DNA of 64,000 nucleotides from a virus. The stretch spans positions 47,706-111,705 of IMG/VR virus record IMGVR_UViG_3300043411_002995; one strand, written 5' to 3'. The notes under the pieces were generated by a model that ran no database searches, was not told where the DNA came from, and saw nothing but the letters and a program-made list of their open reading frames with translations. Within the stretch, counting starts at the first letter, position 1. Every line of letters starts with the position of its first letter. This document shows positions 1 through 9,966 of this stretch, in pieces. Both the position numbers and the translations under genes were made by a program.

Positions 1-464
1 CGCAGAAGGATGCGGGCGCGCGGCGCTCGCGCGAAGAGGTGCGCCAGCGGGCGGAGGCTGTCGACAAGGCGCTCGCCGAGGCCGGCCTCCTCGACGATGC
101 CGACAAGCGCCTCCAGGCGAAGCTCTCGCAGTCCGTGCAGCCGATCGTCTACGCGTCGTTCCGCGTGCCCGGCTCGAAGTGGCGGCTCGAGCACGCGCGC
201 GCCGGCGACGACTACGTCATCCAGCTGTTCCCGCTGAAGCCGCCGCGGCTGGTCTGGCAGGATGTGGTCCTCGCGATCATCGCGACGATGGACACGATCT
301 TCCCGCGCAACATCAAGATCACCTACCGCCCACCGCGCGAGGACTACCAGATCAAGTACTACACCATCACGGTGGAGAAGGTGGTCGGGCAACCCGGATG
401 GGAACGAGCCTGCAAGGAGCGGGCACTACGTGGCCTCGCCGCGATCGACGTCTGGTCGGAGTAG
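1..464 (+). CDS. hypothetical protein, 5'-truncated or starting at GTG 39
   Basis: Frame open to the window edge, strong GC3 bias, protein-like composition, TAG at 462-464. Confidence 0.7.
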   Translation, partial: QKDAGARRSREEVRQRAEAVDKALAEAGLLDDADKRLQAKLSQSVQPIVYASFRVPGSKWRLEHARAGDDYVIQLFPLKPPRLVWQDVVLAIIATMDTIFPRNIKITYRPPREDYQIKYYTITVEKVVGQPGWERACKERALRGLAAIDVWSE

Positions 465-707
465 CCGACCTCGAGGATGGGGGGTCGAGGTCAAGTCGGG
501 CCGCCGAGCTCGGTGGACCGCGCTGGTGCGCCCCGGGACCGAGACGGTCATGTCCACGTCCTTGGCCTGCGCGCGGGCCTGGGCGGCGGACTACGCGGCC
601 CGCGGCTGCCTGGTGCGGCTGGTGGAGCTGCAGCAGCCCCGTGGTCATCCCTGCCGCCCGCCGGCGACCGCTGACGCAGCGCCGCTGCCGGGCCAGCTGG
701 TGCTGTT

Positions 708-1007
708 CTAGGGCCGACGGCGGTTGGCCATCCGCCCCAGGGCCTTGAGGAGCACGGCGGCCAGGGCGCCGCCGGCCGCCCCCTTGCCCAGGGCCCCCAG
801 CGCCGTCCCCTCCGGTCCGTCGTAGGGGTTGCCGGTGGCGAGGGCCTTGGCCTTGGAGGCGCCGTGGAGCACGCCCGAACTCAGGGCGCCGGTCGCCACC
901 AGGCGCTCGACCAGGCGGTCTGGGCGCGGCGCCAGGAAGCCGGCGGTCTTCCGCAGCGGGCTGACCGCGGTCCGAACGAGCTCGTCGCTGAAGGCCTGGA
1001 GCTTCAT
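708..1007 (-). CDS. small basic putative head/internal protein with AFSDELVRTA...RKTA tag
   Basis: ATG at 1007 overlaps the tube stop (TGATG); MKLQAFSDELVRTA matches the N-terminal motif shared by many ORFs here. Confidence 0.75.
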   Translation of the reverse strand: MKLQAFSDELVRTAVSPLRKTAGFLAPRPDRLVERLVATGALSSGVLHGASKAKALATGNPYDGPEGTALGALGKGAAGGALAAVLLKALGRMANRRRP

Positions 1008-1798
1008 CACTGGTTCGCGTAGAGCGGCTGGCCGGCGCCGGCGAGCCGCATGCGGATGGGGCGGATCTGGTCGAACTGCAGCGACACGCCCTCCATCAGC
1101 AGGACCGAGCCCGAGGAGATCGAGAGCTGGTGGCCCTGGATGTAGCACTCCTCGAGGTAGACGGCGCCCACCGTCATGTCGAGCTGGTTGCGGAAGTAGA
1201 TCGCCAGCCCGGTCGGCTGGTTGAAGATGTCCGACGCCAGGTTGAGCCACAGGTCGTCGTAGCCCGGGTTGTACTTCACCCGGTGCAGCTGGGACTGCAG
1301 GAGGGGCAGGTCCAGCATCGAGGCGTTGGGGTCGGGCACCTCGACGCCGCCGACGTTGATCGTCGCGCCCTTGGGCTTGTGGTTGAACTGGAACGGCGCG
1401 TCCGCCGCCGACTGCTTGTAGTGAGCGTAGAGCGCCTTCATCAGCGACGGCCCGTGGTAGAGCACGCGGCCGAGGGTGACCGAGCCGACGGTCCGGCCCG
1501 GGATGAAGTAGCTGCGGTTCGAGCCGATCTCGAAGATGCGCTGCAGCTGCTTCGACTGCGAGAGGCCGACGTTCTCGAGGACGCCGATCGGGAAGACCAT
1601 GTCCCCTTCGTCGGTGGTGTCGAGATCGCCCTCGGCGCCGGGCGGGCCGCCGGTGATGTCCGTGAGGCGCGGCGGCCCGGCGGCGATGAGCGTCGTCTCG
1701 GCGGAGACGAACTCGCCGCCGAGCAGCTCGGCCTGGACGTGGTGGTTGTGGAAGTCCCAGTTGTTGAAGGACGTGGTGGCTGCGGGGCGAAGGGGCAT
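1007..1798 (-). CDS. tail tube protein
   Basis: Directly downstream of sheath; IGVLENVGLSQSKQLQRIFEIGS..YFIPGR and C-terminal LEECYIQGHQLSIS are tube-like. Confidence 0.75.
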   Translation of the reverse strand: MPLRPAATTSFNNWDFHNHHVQAELLGGEFVSAETTLIAAGPPRLTDITGGPPGAEGDLDTTDEGDMVFPIGVLENVGLSQSKQLQRIFEIGSNRSYFIPGRTVGSVTLGRVLYHGPSLMKALYAHYKQSAADAPFQFNHKPKGATINVGGVEVPDPNASMLDLPLLQSQLHRVKYNPGYDDLWLNLASDIFNQPTGLAIYFRNQLDMTVGAVYLEECYIQGHQLSISSGSVLLMEGVSLQFDQIRPIRMRLAGAGQPLYANQ

Positions 1799-1827
1799 CG
1801 GCGGGTCTCCTTACCGGAACCGGTCCA

Positions 1828-4653
1828 TCAGACCAGGAGGGTCAGCGTGATGTTGTTGAGGGGCAGCGGCACGCTGATGTCGATGTCGACCTCGACGGTG
1901 TCCGGCTGCGAGGAGGATTCCTCGATCCGCGACATCTGCCCGCCGCGGAGCGGCGCCCCGACGCGCGGCGCGCGCTGGGACTTGAGGAACTCGATGCCGC
2001 CCTCGCCGCGGGTCTTCAGGACGTCCATCAGGCCGTCCGTGATGTTGTAGATCCCGAGGAACGGCCGGAACAGCCCGCGGAAGAACCGGGCGATCAGGTC
2101 GACGTTCTTCGTGACCGAGAACTCCTGGAAGTAGATGGTGGAGACGTCGGTGGTGAGCTGGTGGCGGATGCTCAGGGCGGCGTCGACCACCGGCTGGACG
2201 AACACCATGTTGCCGCCGCCGGCGATGGTGTCGAGCTGGGTGTCCGAGAACAGGTCGTCGGAGTGCTCGCGGCCGACGAAGCCGGTCACCGCCAGGTTGG
2301 TCATGCCGGCCTGGCTGGGCAGCCCGGCGGTGAGCCCGGCGATGACCGGCCCAGCGAAGTACCCCGGGACCTTCGTCGCCAGGGCGTTCACCGAGATCGC
2401 CAGGACGTCGGGCCAGGTGTGGACGCACCGACGCGACGCGAACGACGTCGCGTAGCCGGCGATGAGCTGGGCCTGCTCGGTCAGGCTGAGGTCGCGGGTG
2501 ATCCGGTACTCGACGTCCTCGAGCGTGCCGCCGAAGCCGGCCGTCGGGTCGGAGGCCAGGGTGAGCTGGCTCTCCGAGACGATCGCCTCGATCTCGTGGC
2601 GGGTGCCGGTGATGTACGCCTCCTCGTCCGCGGACGGCTCGATCGAGACGATGTCGAGCACGGTCAGCGTGGTGGTGGTGAGGCCGTTGAACTCCTCGGT
2701 CACCGGCACGGTCGTGTTGTCGGTCTTCACCTGGGTGGGCGAGATGACCGTCTCGATCACGTGGTCGTCGTTGTTGGCCCCGTTGGTGGCGCCGGCGACG
2801 CGCAGGACGCGGCCGACGTCGGCCGCCGTGAAGGCCGCGCCGAGGACGGTCCACACCCGCGAGGTGCCGTTGACGCCGTCCGCGTTGACGTCGCGCCCGG
2901 GCTCGCGGTTGATGCCGTAGACGGCCTGGGTGACGCCGCCACCGAAGGTCTCGTTGGCGCCGGGGGCCTCGACCGTCAGCACCGAGGTGGTGCTGACGAC
3001 CGTGCCGATCGTGAACGCGCCGTTGTTGCCGGCGTTGGCGGCGCCGCGCACGAAGAGCAGCTTGCCGACGTCGCCGGCGACGAAGGCCCCGTTGACGAAC
3101 GACCAGGCCTTGGTCGCCGCCACCACCGCGTCCGCGGCGTTGTGGGCGACCTCGCGGTCGAGGTCGCAGATCCACGCTCGCGTGGTCGACAGCATGACCT
3201 CGGGGGTGTCGGGCTCCGGGTCGACCGTGACGCGCGCGCCGCTGACGATCGTGAGGATCTCGTACTCGACGTCGTTGAGGGCCGTGGTCGCGCCGTCGAC
3301 GATGATGAACCGGCCGACGTCGGTGCCGGTGAAGGACGCCGCCGTCATCTGGATCACGTCGGCCGGCGCGTCGTCGAACCAGTCGCGCTCGTTGGGGGTG
3401 ACCGAGCGGTGGACGCCCTCGACGGGGAGGTAGTCGGTGATCTCGAGGAAGTACCCGACGCCGACGTCGTCGGTGATGAACTGCCCGTTGGTGGGGTCCT
3501 TGAAGGTCAGGTTGGTCGCACCGCTGGTACCGTTGCCGGTGCCGGCGCTGGTCGCGACGCCGAGGCCGCTGGCCGGCACGACGACCTCGAGCTCGACGAG
3601 CTTCCGGTTGAAGATGCCGACGCGCTCCTTGCCGACGGTCGACGCCGACATCCCATCGACGTGCGCCTTCACCAGCTGGTGCACCGCGGTGTTGTGGGTC
3701 ATCACCGCGATGGCGTAGACGTCCTTGGCCTCGAGGTACTCGAGCGCGTCCTGGAACGCCTGCTCCTCGTCGTCGAGGAAGCCTTCGTCCAGGCCGACGA
3801 AGCTGACCTCGGTGGTCGTGTTCTGGATCGCCAGGTTGACGCCGTAGGCGCCGACGTTGGAGGGGACCACGGCGCCGACGCCGAAGACCGCCTCGATCGA
3901 GTCGAGGTCGGTGAAGACGGTCAGGGCGTTGGCCAGGTCGGGGCGGATGGCGCGCCACGACAGGACGACGTTGCCCTCGACGACGTCGAGCGGGGTCGCG
4001 TCGGTCACCGACTGGAGGCCCGAGGCGATCTGGACGCCGGTCGCGGTCGGGGTGATGCTGCGGTCGCCGAACGAGGTGACGGGGTAGACCTCCTCCTCGC
4101 GGAACTCGAGCACGCGGTAGACGATGTTCGAGAGGGGCAGGCCTCCGCTCTGCCACTCGGCGGCGACGATCAGCTCGTTGTCGCTGTTCTTGCCGATGAC
4201 GAGCTTCCGCCCGAGGTCCGCGGCGGTGACGCCGCCGCCGGAGATGATGTCGACGTAGAACGTCGGGGCGCCGGCGGCATCGGGGTCGAACGCGGCGAAC
4301 GCGTCGGTGGTCACGTCCTGGAAGAGGTTGGGCGTCGCCAGCTTCCCGGTGATGGCCTGCGCCTTCTTCACCAGGTAGGCGTCGGTCAGGGTCACGCCGA
4401 CCGGCTTGTGGGCGTTCGCCTCGGCCTCGGCCTCCGGCACGTCGGAGAGGTCGACGACGGCGCCGGTGGTCAGCCCCGTGTACGGGAAGATGCTGGTGCC
4501 GAGCTCGTCCTCGGAGTAGATCCCCGCCACCACCTCATCGGCGATCTGGAAGCCCGGGGCCACGACGCACACGGGGAGGCTGGGAAGGGACAGCGAGACG
4601 GCGGCATCCTGGAACTCCTGGATGACTTCGATTGCGGGGCGGCGGTAGGCCAT
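1828..4653 (-). CDS. tail sheath protein with inserted repeat domains
   Basis: 941 aa; C-terminal sheath-like core (VPGYF...AGL, IRHQLTTD, QEFSVTKNVD, PLPLNNITLTL); followed by tube gene. Confidence 0.85.
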   Translation of the reverse strand: MAYRRPAIEVIQEFQDAAVSLSLPSLPVCVVAPGFQIADEVVAGIYSEDELGTSIFPYTGLTTGAVVDLSDVPEAEAEANAHKPVGVTLTDAYLVKKAQAITGKLATPNLFQDVTTDAFAAFDPDAAGAPTFYVDIISGGGVTAADLGRKLVIGKNSDNELIVAAEWQSGGLPLSNIVYRVLEFREEEVYPVTSFGDRSITPTATGVQIASGLQSVTDATPLDVVEGNVVLSWRAIRPDLANALTVFTDLDSIEAVFGVGAVVPSNVGAYGVNLAIQNTTTEVSFVGLDEGFLDDEEQAFQDALEYLEAKDVYAIAVMTHNTAVHQLVKAHVDGMSASTVGKERVGIFNRKLVELEVVVPASGLGVATSAGTGNGTSGATNLTFKDPTNGQFITDDVGVGYFLEITDYLPVEGVHRSVTPNERDWFDDAPADVIQMTAASFTGTDVGRFIIVDGATTALNDVEYEILTIVSGARVTVDPEPDTPEVMLSTTRAWICDLDREVAHNAADAVVAATKAWSFVNGAFVAGDVGKLLFVRGAANAGNNGAFTIGTVVSTTSVLTVEAPGANETFGGGVTQAVYGINREPGRDVNADGVNGTSRVWTVLGAAFTAADVGRVLRVAGATNGANNDDHVIETVISPTQVKTDNTTVPVTEEFNGLTTTTLTVLDIVSIEPSADEEAYITGTRHEIEAIVSESQLTLASDPTAGFGGTLEDVEYRITRDLSLTEQAQLIAGYATSFASRRCVHTWPDVLAISVNALATKVPGYFAGPVIAGLTAGLPSQAGMTNLAVTGFVGREHSDDLFSDTQLDTIAGGGNMVFVQPVVDAALSIRHQLTTDVSTIYFQEFSVTKNVDLIARFFRGLFRPFLGIYNITDGLMDVLKTRGEGGIEFLKSQRAPRVGAPLRGGQMSRIEESSSQPDTVEVDIDISVPLPLNNITLTLLV

Positions 4654-4677
4654 CGTCGGTTCTCCTGGTCGCGGCGG

Positions 4678-5340
4678 CTACGGGGTGCTTATCCGGGTGA
4701 CGACGGTGCGCAGCTTCTGATCGCCTTGCGGCTCGACGCTCCAGCGTCGTTGAACTCTCGCCTGGAAGGCGACGGGAACTACAGAGATCTCGGGTCGAGC
4801 GCCCCCCTTGACGAGGGCCTCTTCGCCCATCTGGGTGGCTTCGATCTTGAAGAAGCCCAGGTGGGAGGCCTGCATGATACCGCGACTGGCCAATTTCCGC
4901 AGGACGTCGCGGAGCGCCTGGAAGGATTCGAACAGGTACCCGGCGATGAGCTCGGCCTCCGCGCCCGACCGCGAGAAGCAGCTCAGGACCATGCTGCCTG
5001 CCACCAGATCCGTGTAGGTTCGCCGATCCGTTCGCAGGTCCAGCGACTGCATCTGGCGGAAGCCGCTCGTCCTCGACCACTGCATCGGCCCGCGGTTGGC
5101 GACGATCGCCGGCGTCGTCCCGACCCGGGCCAGGTTGAAGGCGTACTTGTCGCAGATCGTGATCTGGGTCTTCTCCTCCTCGGGGGACCAGACCAGGTTC
5201 CCGAGCGGGTTGCCCTCGTAGAACAGGAGCTGGGCCACCTCGAGGGCGAACCCCTTGATGACCTCGTGGGGCCAGACGTACCGACGGTCCTCGTCGTGGA
5301 GGCTGCGGGCGTTCTCCTGCTGCACGACCGGCTCGCTCAC
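4678..5340 (-). CDS. putative tail completion/terminator protein
   Basis: 220 aa between neck genes and sheath; function from position. Confidence 0.5.
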   Translation of the reverse strand: MSEPVVQQENARSLHDEDRRYVWPHEVIKGFALEVAQLLFYEGNPLGNLVWSPEEEKTQITICDKYAFNLARVGTTPAIVANRGPMQWSRTSGFRQMQSLDLRTDRRTYTDLVAGSMVLSCFSRSGAEAELIAGYLFESFQALRDVLRKLASRGIMQASHLGFFKIEATQMGEEALVKGGARPEISVVPVAFQARVQRRWSVEPQGDQKLRTVVTRISTP

Positions 5341-5861
5341 GGGGCACCCGGGTGGCGGCGGTTGACGGTGGCCGTGGCCTGGTCGTAGGCGTCGACCACG
5401 CCGTTCCGCAGGACGTCCGTCGTGGTCTGCTCCACGACCCGATCCTGCTCCTGCTGCTTCTGCTCACCAAACAGGGCGGCGAGCGAGATCGTGCGGAAGG
5501 TCAGCTTGGTCTCGCCGTCGGCCCCCTGGGCTGCGCTGGGCACCCCGGAGCCGGGCGCGAACAACTCCTCGACCGACCCGGCCTCGTCGCCGAGCTCGCC
5601 GGCGACCATCTCCGAGCTCGCGGCCAGGACCGCGCCCTGGTCCTCGGAGTCGATCACCATCCGGTCACCCTCGCTGGTCACGCGCACCGCCTGGGCCCGC
5701 AGGGCGGCCGCGACGTCGATGCCCGGGTCGATGCGACCACGCAAGCGGGTCTGGAGGTTGCCCGCCAGGATCGTCCGCGCCTCGGCGTCGACCTCATCCA
5801 GCCGGGCGACGCCGGCGGTGTCCTTCGGGCCGAAGAAGATCCAGTCGTTGAACCCGCTCAC
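5337..5861 (-). CDS. hypothetical protein (neck region)
   Basis: 4-nt overlaps with both neighbours, GC3 bias. Confidence 0.65.
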   Translation of the reverse strand: MSGFNDWIFFGPKDTAGVARLDEVDAEARTILAGNLQTRLRGRIDPGIDVAAALRAQAVRVTSEGDRMVIDSEDQGAVLAASSEMVAGELGDEAGSVEELFAPGSGVPSAAQGADGETKLTFRTISLAALFGEQKQQEQDRVVEQTTTDVLRNGVVDAYDQATATVNRRHPGAP

Positions 5862-6115
5862 TCACCGCCCCCGCTCTTCGAGGCGTAGTCCACCATCTGG
5901 TTCGGCGAGGTCAGGGGCGTGGGCGCGCGCTTCGCGGACGCGGGCTTGGGCTGCAGCGGCGCACCGGACTTCAGCCCTGTCTTGGCGTTGGGGCCCTGGG
6001 TCTGGTCCATGACGTCAGCGACGCCGGCGTCGTACGGCGCCGGCGCCTCGTGCTGCTGGGGGAACGCCCCCAGCTTCACGAGCTCGTCCACGAATCCACG
6101 GAGGTAGGGTCCCAT
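5858..6115 (-). CDS. small putative head/internal protein with GFVDELVKLG tag
   Basis: ATG at 6115 coupled to the upstream stop; MGPYLRGFVDELVKLG. Confidence 0.75.
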   Translation of the reverse strand: MGPYLRGFVDELVKLGAFPQQHEAPAPYDAGVADVMDQTQGPNAKTGLKSGAPLQPKPASAKRAPTPLTSPNQMVDYASKSGGGE

Positions 6116-6993
6116 CAGAACATCCGCTCTTCCTTGAGCCGTTCCCATTCTTGCACGACGGCCCGGAGGGTTTCGGCCGGAATGCGCTGGACCAGCACCT
6201 GGTACTCGACCTCGTCACGGCCGACCGCCGAGATCCGGCAGACGTGTTGGATCGTGGTCCCCTGCGGCTGGATCGTGTGGACCTTCGAGACCGCCCAGAG
6301 CGTGCCGGGCATGACCTCGTAGATGATGTCCCCCGGCTTCATCTGGGGGTAGGCCGAGAACCAGCAGTCCTTCTCCTTCTGCTGCATCTCGCCGAAGCTG
6401 GTGATCGACGTCAGCTTCTCGTCGGGGTTGTAGTCGACGTAGAAGGGGATCGGCTCGAAGAACGGGTGCTGCCGACCGGTGTTGAGGCAGAGCGTGCACC
6501 TCGAGGTGGTCTGCCGCTGCATGGTGACGTCCCAGCAGGGGCAACGCGCCGAGTCGGCGGTGCGCTCGATGAAGGCGAAGCTCGGCGTGCCCTGCAGGTA
6601 GCGCAGCACGAAGTCGTGCTGCTCGATGATGCAGAGCTCGTGAGGACGCGGCGAGGTCTCCCAGGTCCGCGTCTCGGAGACGACCTCGCCCTCCGGCGTC
6701 GTCGCCACCACCCGGTAGTAGTACTTCCGCCACCAGCTGATCAGGTTGGGCGTGACGTCGTCGAACTCGTAGACCAGCTGGCGCGCTACGCCTGCGACCT
6801 CGGCCACGAGCTCGACGAACTCGCCGGCGGTGAACTGCGGCGAGAGCGAGCGCTCGACGCGGAAGGTCACCTCCGACAGCCCGCTGTGCTGGGTCACCAG
6901 CTCCCAGCAGACCATCACGGTCGCGTTCCCATCCGGTGGCGACCCCGGTTGGGCAACGATGATGTCGAGCCGTCGGAAGGCCAGCATGGTCAC
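6115..6993 (-). CDS. putative head-closure/neck protein
   Basis: N-terminal beta-sandwich-like part, CPC...CTLC motif, KPGDIIYE..GTLWAV barrel; position after adaptor gene. Confidence 0.55.
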   Translation of the reverse strand: MTMLAFRRLDIIVAQPGSPPDGNATVMVCWELVTQHSGLSEVTFRVERSLSPQFTAGEFVELVAEVAGVARQLVYEFDDVTPNLISWWRKYYYRVVATTPEGEVVSETRTWETSPRPHELCIIEQHDFVLRYLQGTPSFAFIERTADSARCPCWDVTMQRQTTSRCTLCLNTGRQHPFFEPIPFYVDYNPDEKLTSITSFGEMQQKEKDCWFSAYPQMKPGDIIYEVMPGTLWAVSKVHTIQPQGTTIQHVCRISAVGRDEVEYQVLVQRIPAETLRAVVQEWERLKEERMF

Positions 6994-7466
6994 CAGAAGT
7001 AGTTCAGCAGGGCGTACTCCGACGCCACCCCGCCGGCGAGCGCGTTCATCACGTTGAGGGAGATCTTGTAGTTCGACTTCTTCCGCTCGTACTCGGCGAC
7101 GAACTGGGCGATCCAGGCCTGGTAGTTCTGGGTCTTGTCGAAGATCCTCACGGAGACGCCGCCCGAGCTGTACGTGAGCTCGTTGCGCGACTGCAGGATG
7201 CCGGCGCTACGCAGGACCTGGATGGTCGCGCCGTAGATCAGCATGTACAACGACGGGAAGGTCTCGACCCGGTAGGTCGAGATCAACGGCGAGGTGATGT
7301 TGAAGTCGTCCAGGGCCAGCGCGATGGCCAGGTCGAGCTTCGGGTCGTCCGACTCCTGGCGGCGGATGAGCCGGTTGAGCTCGGGCGTGTCGTTCAGGAA
7401 CATGCGCAGCAGGCGCCGAGCCTGTTGCTGCGCCCTGTCTGCCGCCGTTCCGGTAGTCGTTGCCAC
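6990..7466 (-). CDS. putative head-tail adaptor protein
   Basis: 158 aa helical protein downstream of MCP; RMFLND.PELN, YSSGGVSV motifs typical of adaptors. Confidence 0.55.
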   Translation of the reverse strand: MATTTGTAADRAQQQARRLLRMFLNDTPELNRLIRRQESDDPKLDLAIALALDDFNITSPLISTYRVETFPSLYMLIYGATIQVLRSAGILQSRNELTYSSGGVSVRIFDKTQNYQAWIAQFVAEYERKKSNYKISLNVMNALAGGVASEYALLNYFW

Positions 7467-7494
7467 GGGCTACTCCCGGCGTCGCCGGGGACGC

Positions 7495-8025
7495 CTAGTT
7501 CTTCTTGCCGACGCGGAGGTTGTCATGGAACCCGGCGACCGCGGCGATCGGCGTCGGCCGCGGGTCCACGAGATCCTCGAGCTTGCCCTTGGCCACGTCG
7601 GCCTTGGTGACCGACGGGATGTCCAGGTCGTCCTCGTCGTCCGAGGACGCCGCCAGGACCTCGGCCTCGCTGGCGTCCTCGTCGTCGGCCCCCGCGGCGC
7701 GCAGCGGCACGACCTTCGACGACTTCCGCTTGTCGACCGTGACCAGCGTCGCGCGCTCCGTCGACGGCGCCGCCTTGGGGCGCGGCGCGTCGTCGTCGTC
7801 CTTGTCGACGACCTTCGCCTTCTTCGGCGGGACGTAGGGCGGGAACGCCCCCTCCTCGACCTTCAGGTCGAGGCAGTCGACGAGCTCGGAGGTTCCCTTG
7901 TCGAGCCGGTTGATCGGCGCGGCATCTCCTGGCTGGAGCAACCGACCCGCCTCCGTGAGGAAGATCGGCCGCGCGTGGGCGGGCCCACGATCAGCGGAGG
8001 TGTTGGTGACCCTGTACTTGTACAT
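7495..8025 (-). CDS. hypothetical protein
   Basis: ATG 7 nt after a TACCGT -10 box (leaderless); charged low-complexity C-terminus. Confidence 0.7.
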   Translation of the reverse strand: MYKYRVTNTSADRGPAHARPIFLTEAGRLLQPGDAAPINRLDKGTSELVDCLDLKVEEGAFPPYVPPKKAKVVDKDDDDAPRPKAAPSTERATLVTVDKRKSSKVVPLRAAGADDEDASEAEVLAASSDDEDDLDIPSVTKADVAKGKLEDLVDPRPTPIAAVAGFHDNLRVGKKN

Positions 8026-8032
8026 GCCTGAA

Positions 8033-8062
8033 ACGGTAAGCCCGCGCAGGCGCCCTGGTCAA
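8033..8062 (-). promoter_or_regulatory. sigma70-type promoter TTGACC-N18-TACCGT, leaderless
   Basis: -35 at 8057-8062, -10 at 8033-8038, ATG at 8025. Confidence 0.7.
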
Positions 8063-8109
8063 GGCGCGAGCGCGGGCCCCTCAGCCAGCGTCGGATCAGC
8101 TCGAGCCGA

Positions 8110-9006
8110 TCAGGTCAGCGTCATCTTGGCCGCGGCGCGCAGGTTGCCGTAGCCCATGCCGACGTACTCCCAGGTCTGCCACGACACCATGTCACCGCGC
8201 TTCTCGATGTAGAACTTGGTGTCGTTCAGGATGTAGAAGTTGCCGAGGTACTTCGGGTCCGTGAAGATGTACAGGGTGCCGGGCACCACGATCGACGACT
8301 TGATCGTCACCACCAGCTTGTGGCCGAGGATGGTGTTGTACTTGTAGCCGTTGACCAGGATCTCGCTGGCCAGCGGGGAGCCGATCACGGCGCCCTCCTG
8401 GGTCATGAAGTCGTCCCAGTCGGCCTTGTGCATCAGGATGGTGCCGACGGCGAGCTCGTCGGTGTCCAGCGCCTTGAAGAGCTTGACCAGGTTCTCGCTG
8501 GTCGCCGGGCCGGCGGCCGCGGGGGCGATGGTCTTGCCGTTCGCCGCGATCACCGCGTCGGTGAACTCGATGAACTTGCCGTCCTCGATCTTCTGGATGT
8601 CCTTGACCGAGTTCTCCTCGATGACCTTGGTCACCGGGTAGTCGTAGGCCAGGAGCTCCGCCTCGTTCTTCTTGAACTTGTCGGACTCGATCTTGAAGAA
8701 CGGGATCTCGTAGCGGTCGCTCTCGATGTACCGCTCGTGGGTCTTGCCCCGGAAGTTGACCGCGGCCGCCGAGCTCTGCGGCTCGATGTCGACGATCTTG
8801 ACCAGGGTGTCGTGGTTGACCGACCGCTGGCAGTCGGCCTTGGTGAGGTACTCCGGCGGCAGGATGCTGCGCACGAAGCTGACCTCGCGGAGGCGCTCGC
8901 GCACGAAGGCACCGCCGGCCTGGGCGGCCTTCTCGAGGCCGTCCGCCGTGTCCAGGCGCGAGACGAAGAGGTTGTTGAAGGTGGCCGCGTCGATCTGGGG
9001 GTCCAT
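8110..9006 (-). CDS. major capsid protein (HK97-fold expected)
   Basis: 298 aa; order protease...decoration-MCP-adaptor; F.R.RLRE..F.R.ILPP and C-terminal WEYVGMGYGN; GGAG RBS. Confidence 0.75.
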   Translation of the reverse strand: MDPQIDAATFNNLFVSRLDTADGLEKAAQAGGAFVRERLREVSFVRSILPPEYLTKADCQRSVNHDTLVKIVDIEPQSSAAAVNFRGKTHERYIESDRYEIPFFKIESDKFKKNEAELLAYDYPVTKVIEENSVKDIQKIEDGKFIEFTDAVIAANGKTIAPAAAGPATSENLVKLFKALDTDELAVGTILMHKADWDDFMTQEGAVIGSPLASEILVNGYKYNTILGHKLVVTIKSSIVVPGTLYIFTDPKYLGNFYILNDTKFYIEKRGDMVSWQTWEYVGMGYGNLRAAAKMTLT

Positions 9007-9059
9007 CTGGTCGTTCTCCTGGCGCTGAGGTGGTTGGTGGGGGTGGGCCTACCGTGGCC

Positions 9060-9566
9060 TCAGAGACCCGGCGACTCGTAGTGGAGGACGCCGCTGGCGA
9101 CCTCGATGACGCGCCCGACGACGCCCTGCAGCTGGCGCGCGTCCATGGTCGCCGGGTTGGGGGCGTCGAGGTAGCCGCGGTCCTCGGCGGCGTCGAACAC
9201 GACGACCAGGAGGTAGCCGGGGGCGAAGGTGCCGCCGGTGTTGTAGAACGTGGTCTTGGCCTGGTACGTCCCGCTCAGGACGGTGATCGCGCCGGTGGCC
9301 AGGGTGTCGGACTGGCCATCGCCGCCCGGCACGCGGAGGGTCCAGCAGACCTTGGCGCCGAGGGCGGGCGAGTTGATGTCGTCGGCGACGACGACCTTGG
9401 CGGCCTTGGTGACGCCACCGCTGGTGGCGGGCTTGACCCACTCGCCCGGATCGAACCGGAGGGTGGTGTCGACGACGAGCAGGTCCTGGCGGAGCATCTC
9501 GTCGCCGCCACGGACGATCTCGAAGTCGCGGGCGGCGCGGACATCCTTGGGAACGGGGAAGGTCAT
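9060..9566 (-). CDS. putative capsid decoration/cement protein
   Basis: 168 aa beta-rich protein immediately upstream of MCP. Confidence 0.55.
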   Translation of the reverse strand: MTFPVPKDVRAARDFEIVRGGDEMLRQDLLVVDTTLRFDPGEWVKPATSGGVTKAAKVVVADDINSPALGAKVCWTLRVPGGDGQSDTLATGAITVLSGTYQAKTTFYNTGGTFAPGYLLVVVFDAAEDRGYLDAPNPATMDARQLQGVVGRVIEVASGVLHYESPGL

Positions 9567-9588
9567 CTGTCTCTCCTGGGGTCTGGGG

Positions 9589-9915
9589 TCAGTCGGCCAG
9601 CGTGTGGAAGAACGCCGTCACCGCAGAATCGCCGCCGGCAACCGTGCCGCCAGCGCTGGCGACCTTGCCGAGATCCGGCATGTCGACGTCGAGCTCGAGC
9701 GCCTGCTCGAGCACCTCGAGGTTCTTCTCGAGGAGCGAGGCCACCTTGATCTGGAAGGCCTCGTAGGACTCGAAGGGCGGGATCTTCCCCCGCTCCACCA
9801 TCGAGAACGCGAGCTTCGTCGCGTCCTCGCGCTTCTGCGCCCGGTCCAGCGCGTCAGCCGCCTCCTTCAGGAGGTCGTTCTTGTCGTCGATCTTGATCAC
9901 GTCGTTGGTCGCCAT
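9589..9915 (-). CDS. small helical protein, possible scaffold component
   Basis: ATG 9915 with GAGGAG RBS (MATNDV); contains KEA/KLA/KVA sites. Confidence 0.65.
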   Translation of the reverse strand: MATNDVIKIDDKNDLLKEAADALDRAQKREDATKLAFSMVERGKIPPFESYEAFQIKVASLLEKNLEVLEQALELDVDMPDLGKVASAGGTVAGGDSAVTAFFHTLAD

Positions 9916-9966
9916 GTTCTCCTCGGGGTCGTGTCGATGATCGGCTGACCGTCCGGGAGTCGCAGC

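Noticed and set aside
477-748. Possible small plus-strand ORF after 464
   Set aside because: Several competing frames, none with a convincing start and RBS
4688-4695. GGATAAG on the minus strand upstream of the sheath gene
   Set aside because: Single imperfect match within a CDS end, no GAA; cannot be supported
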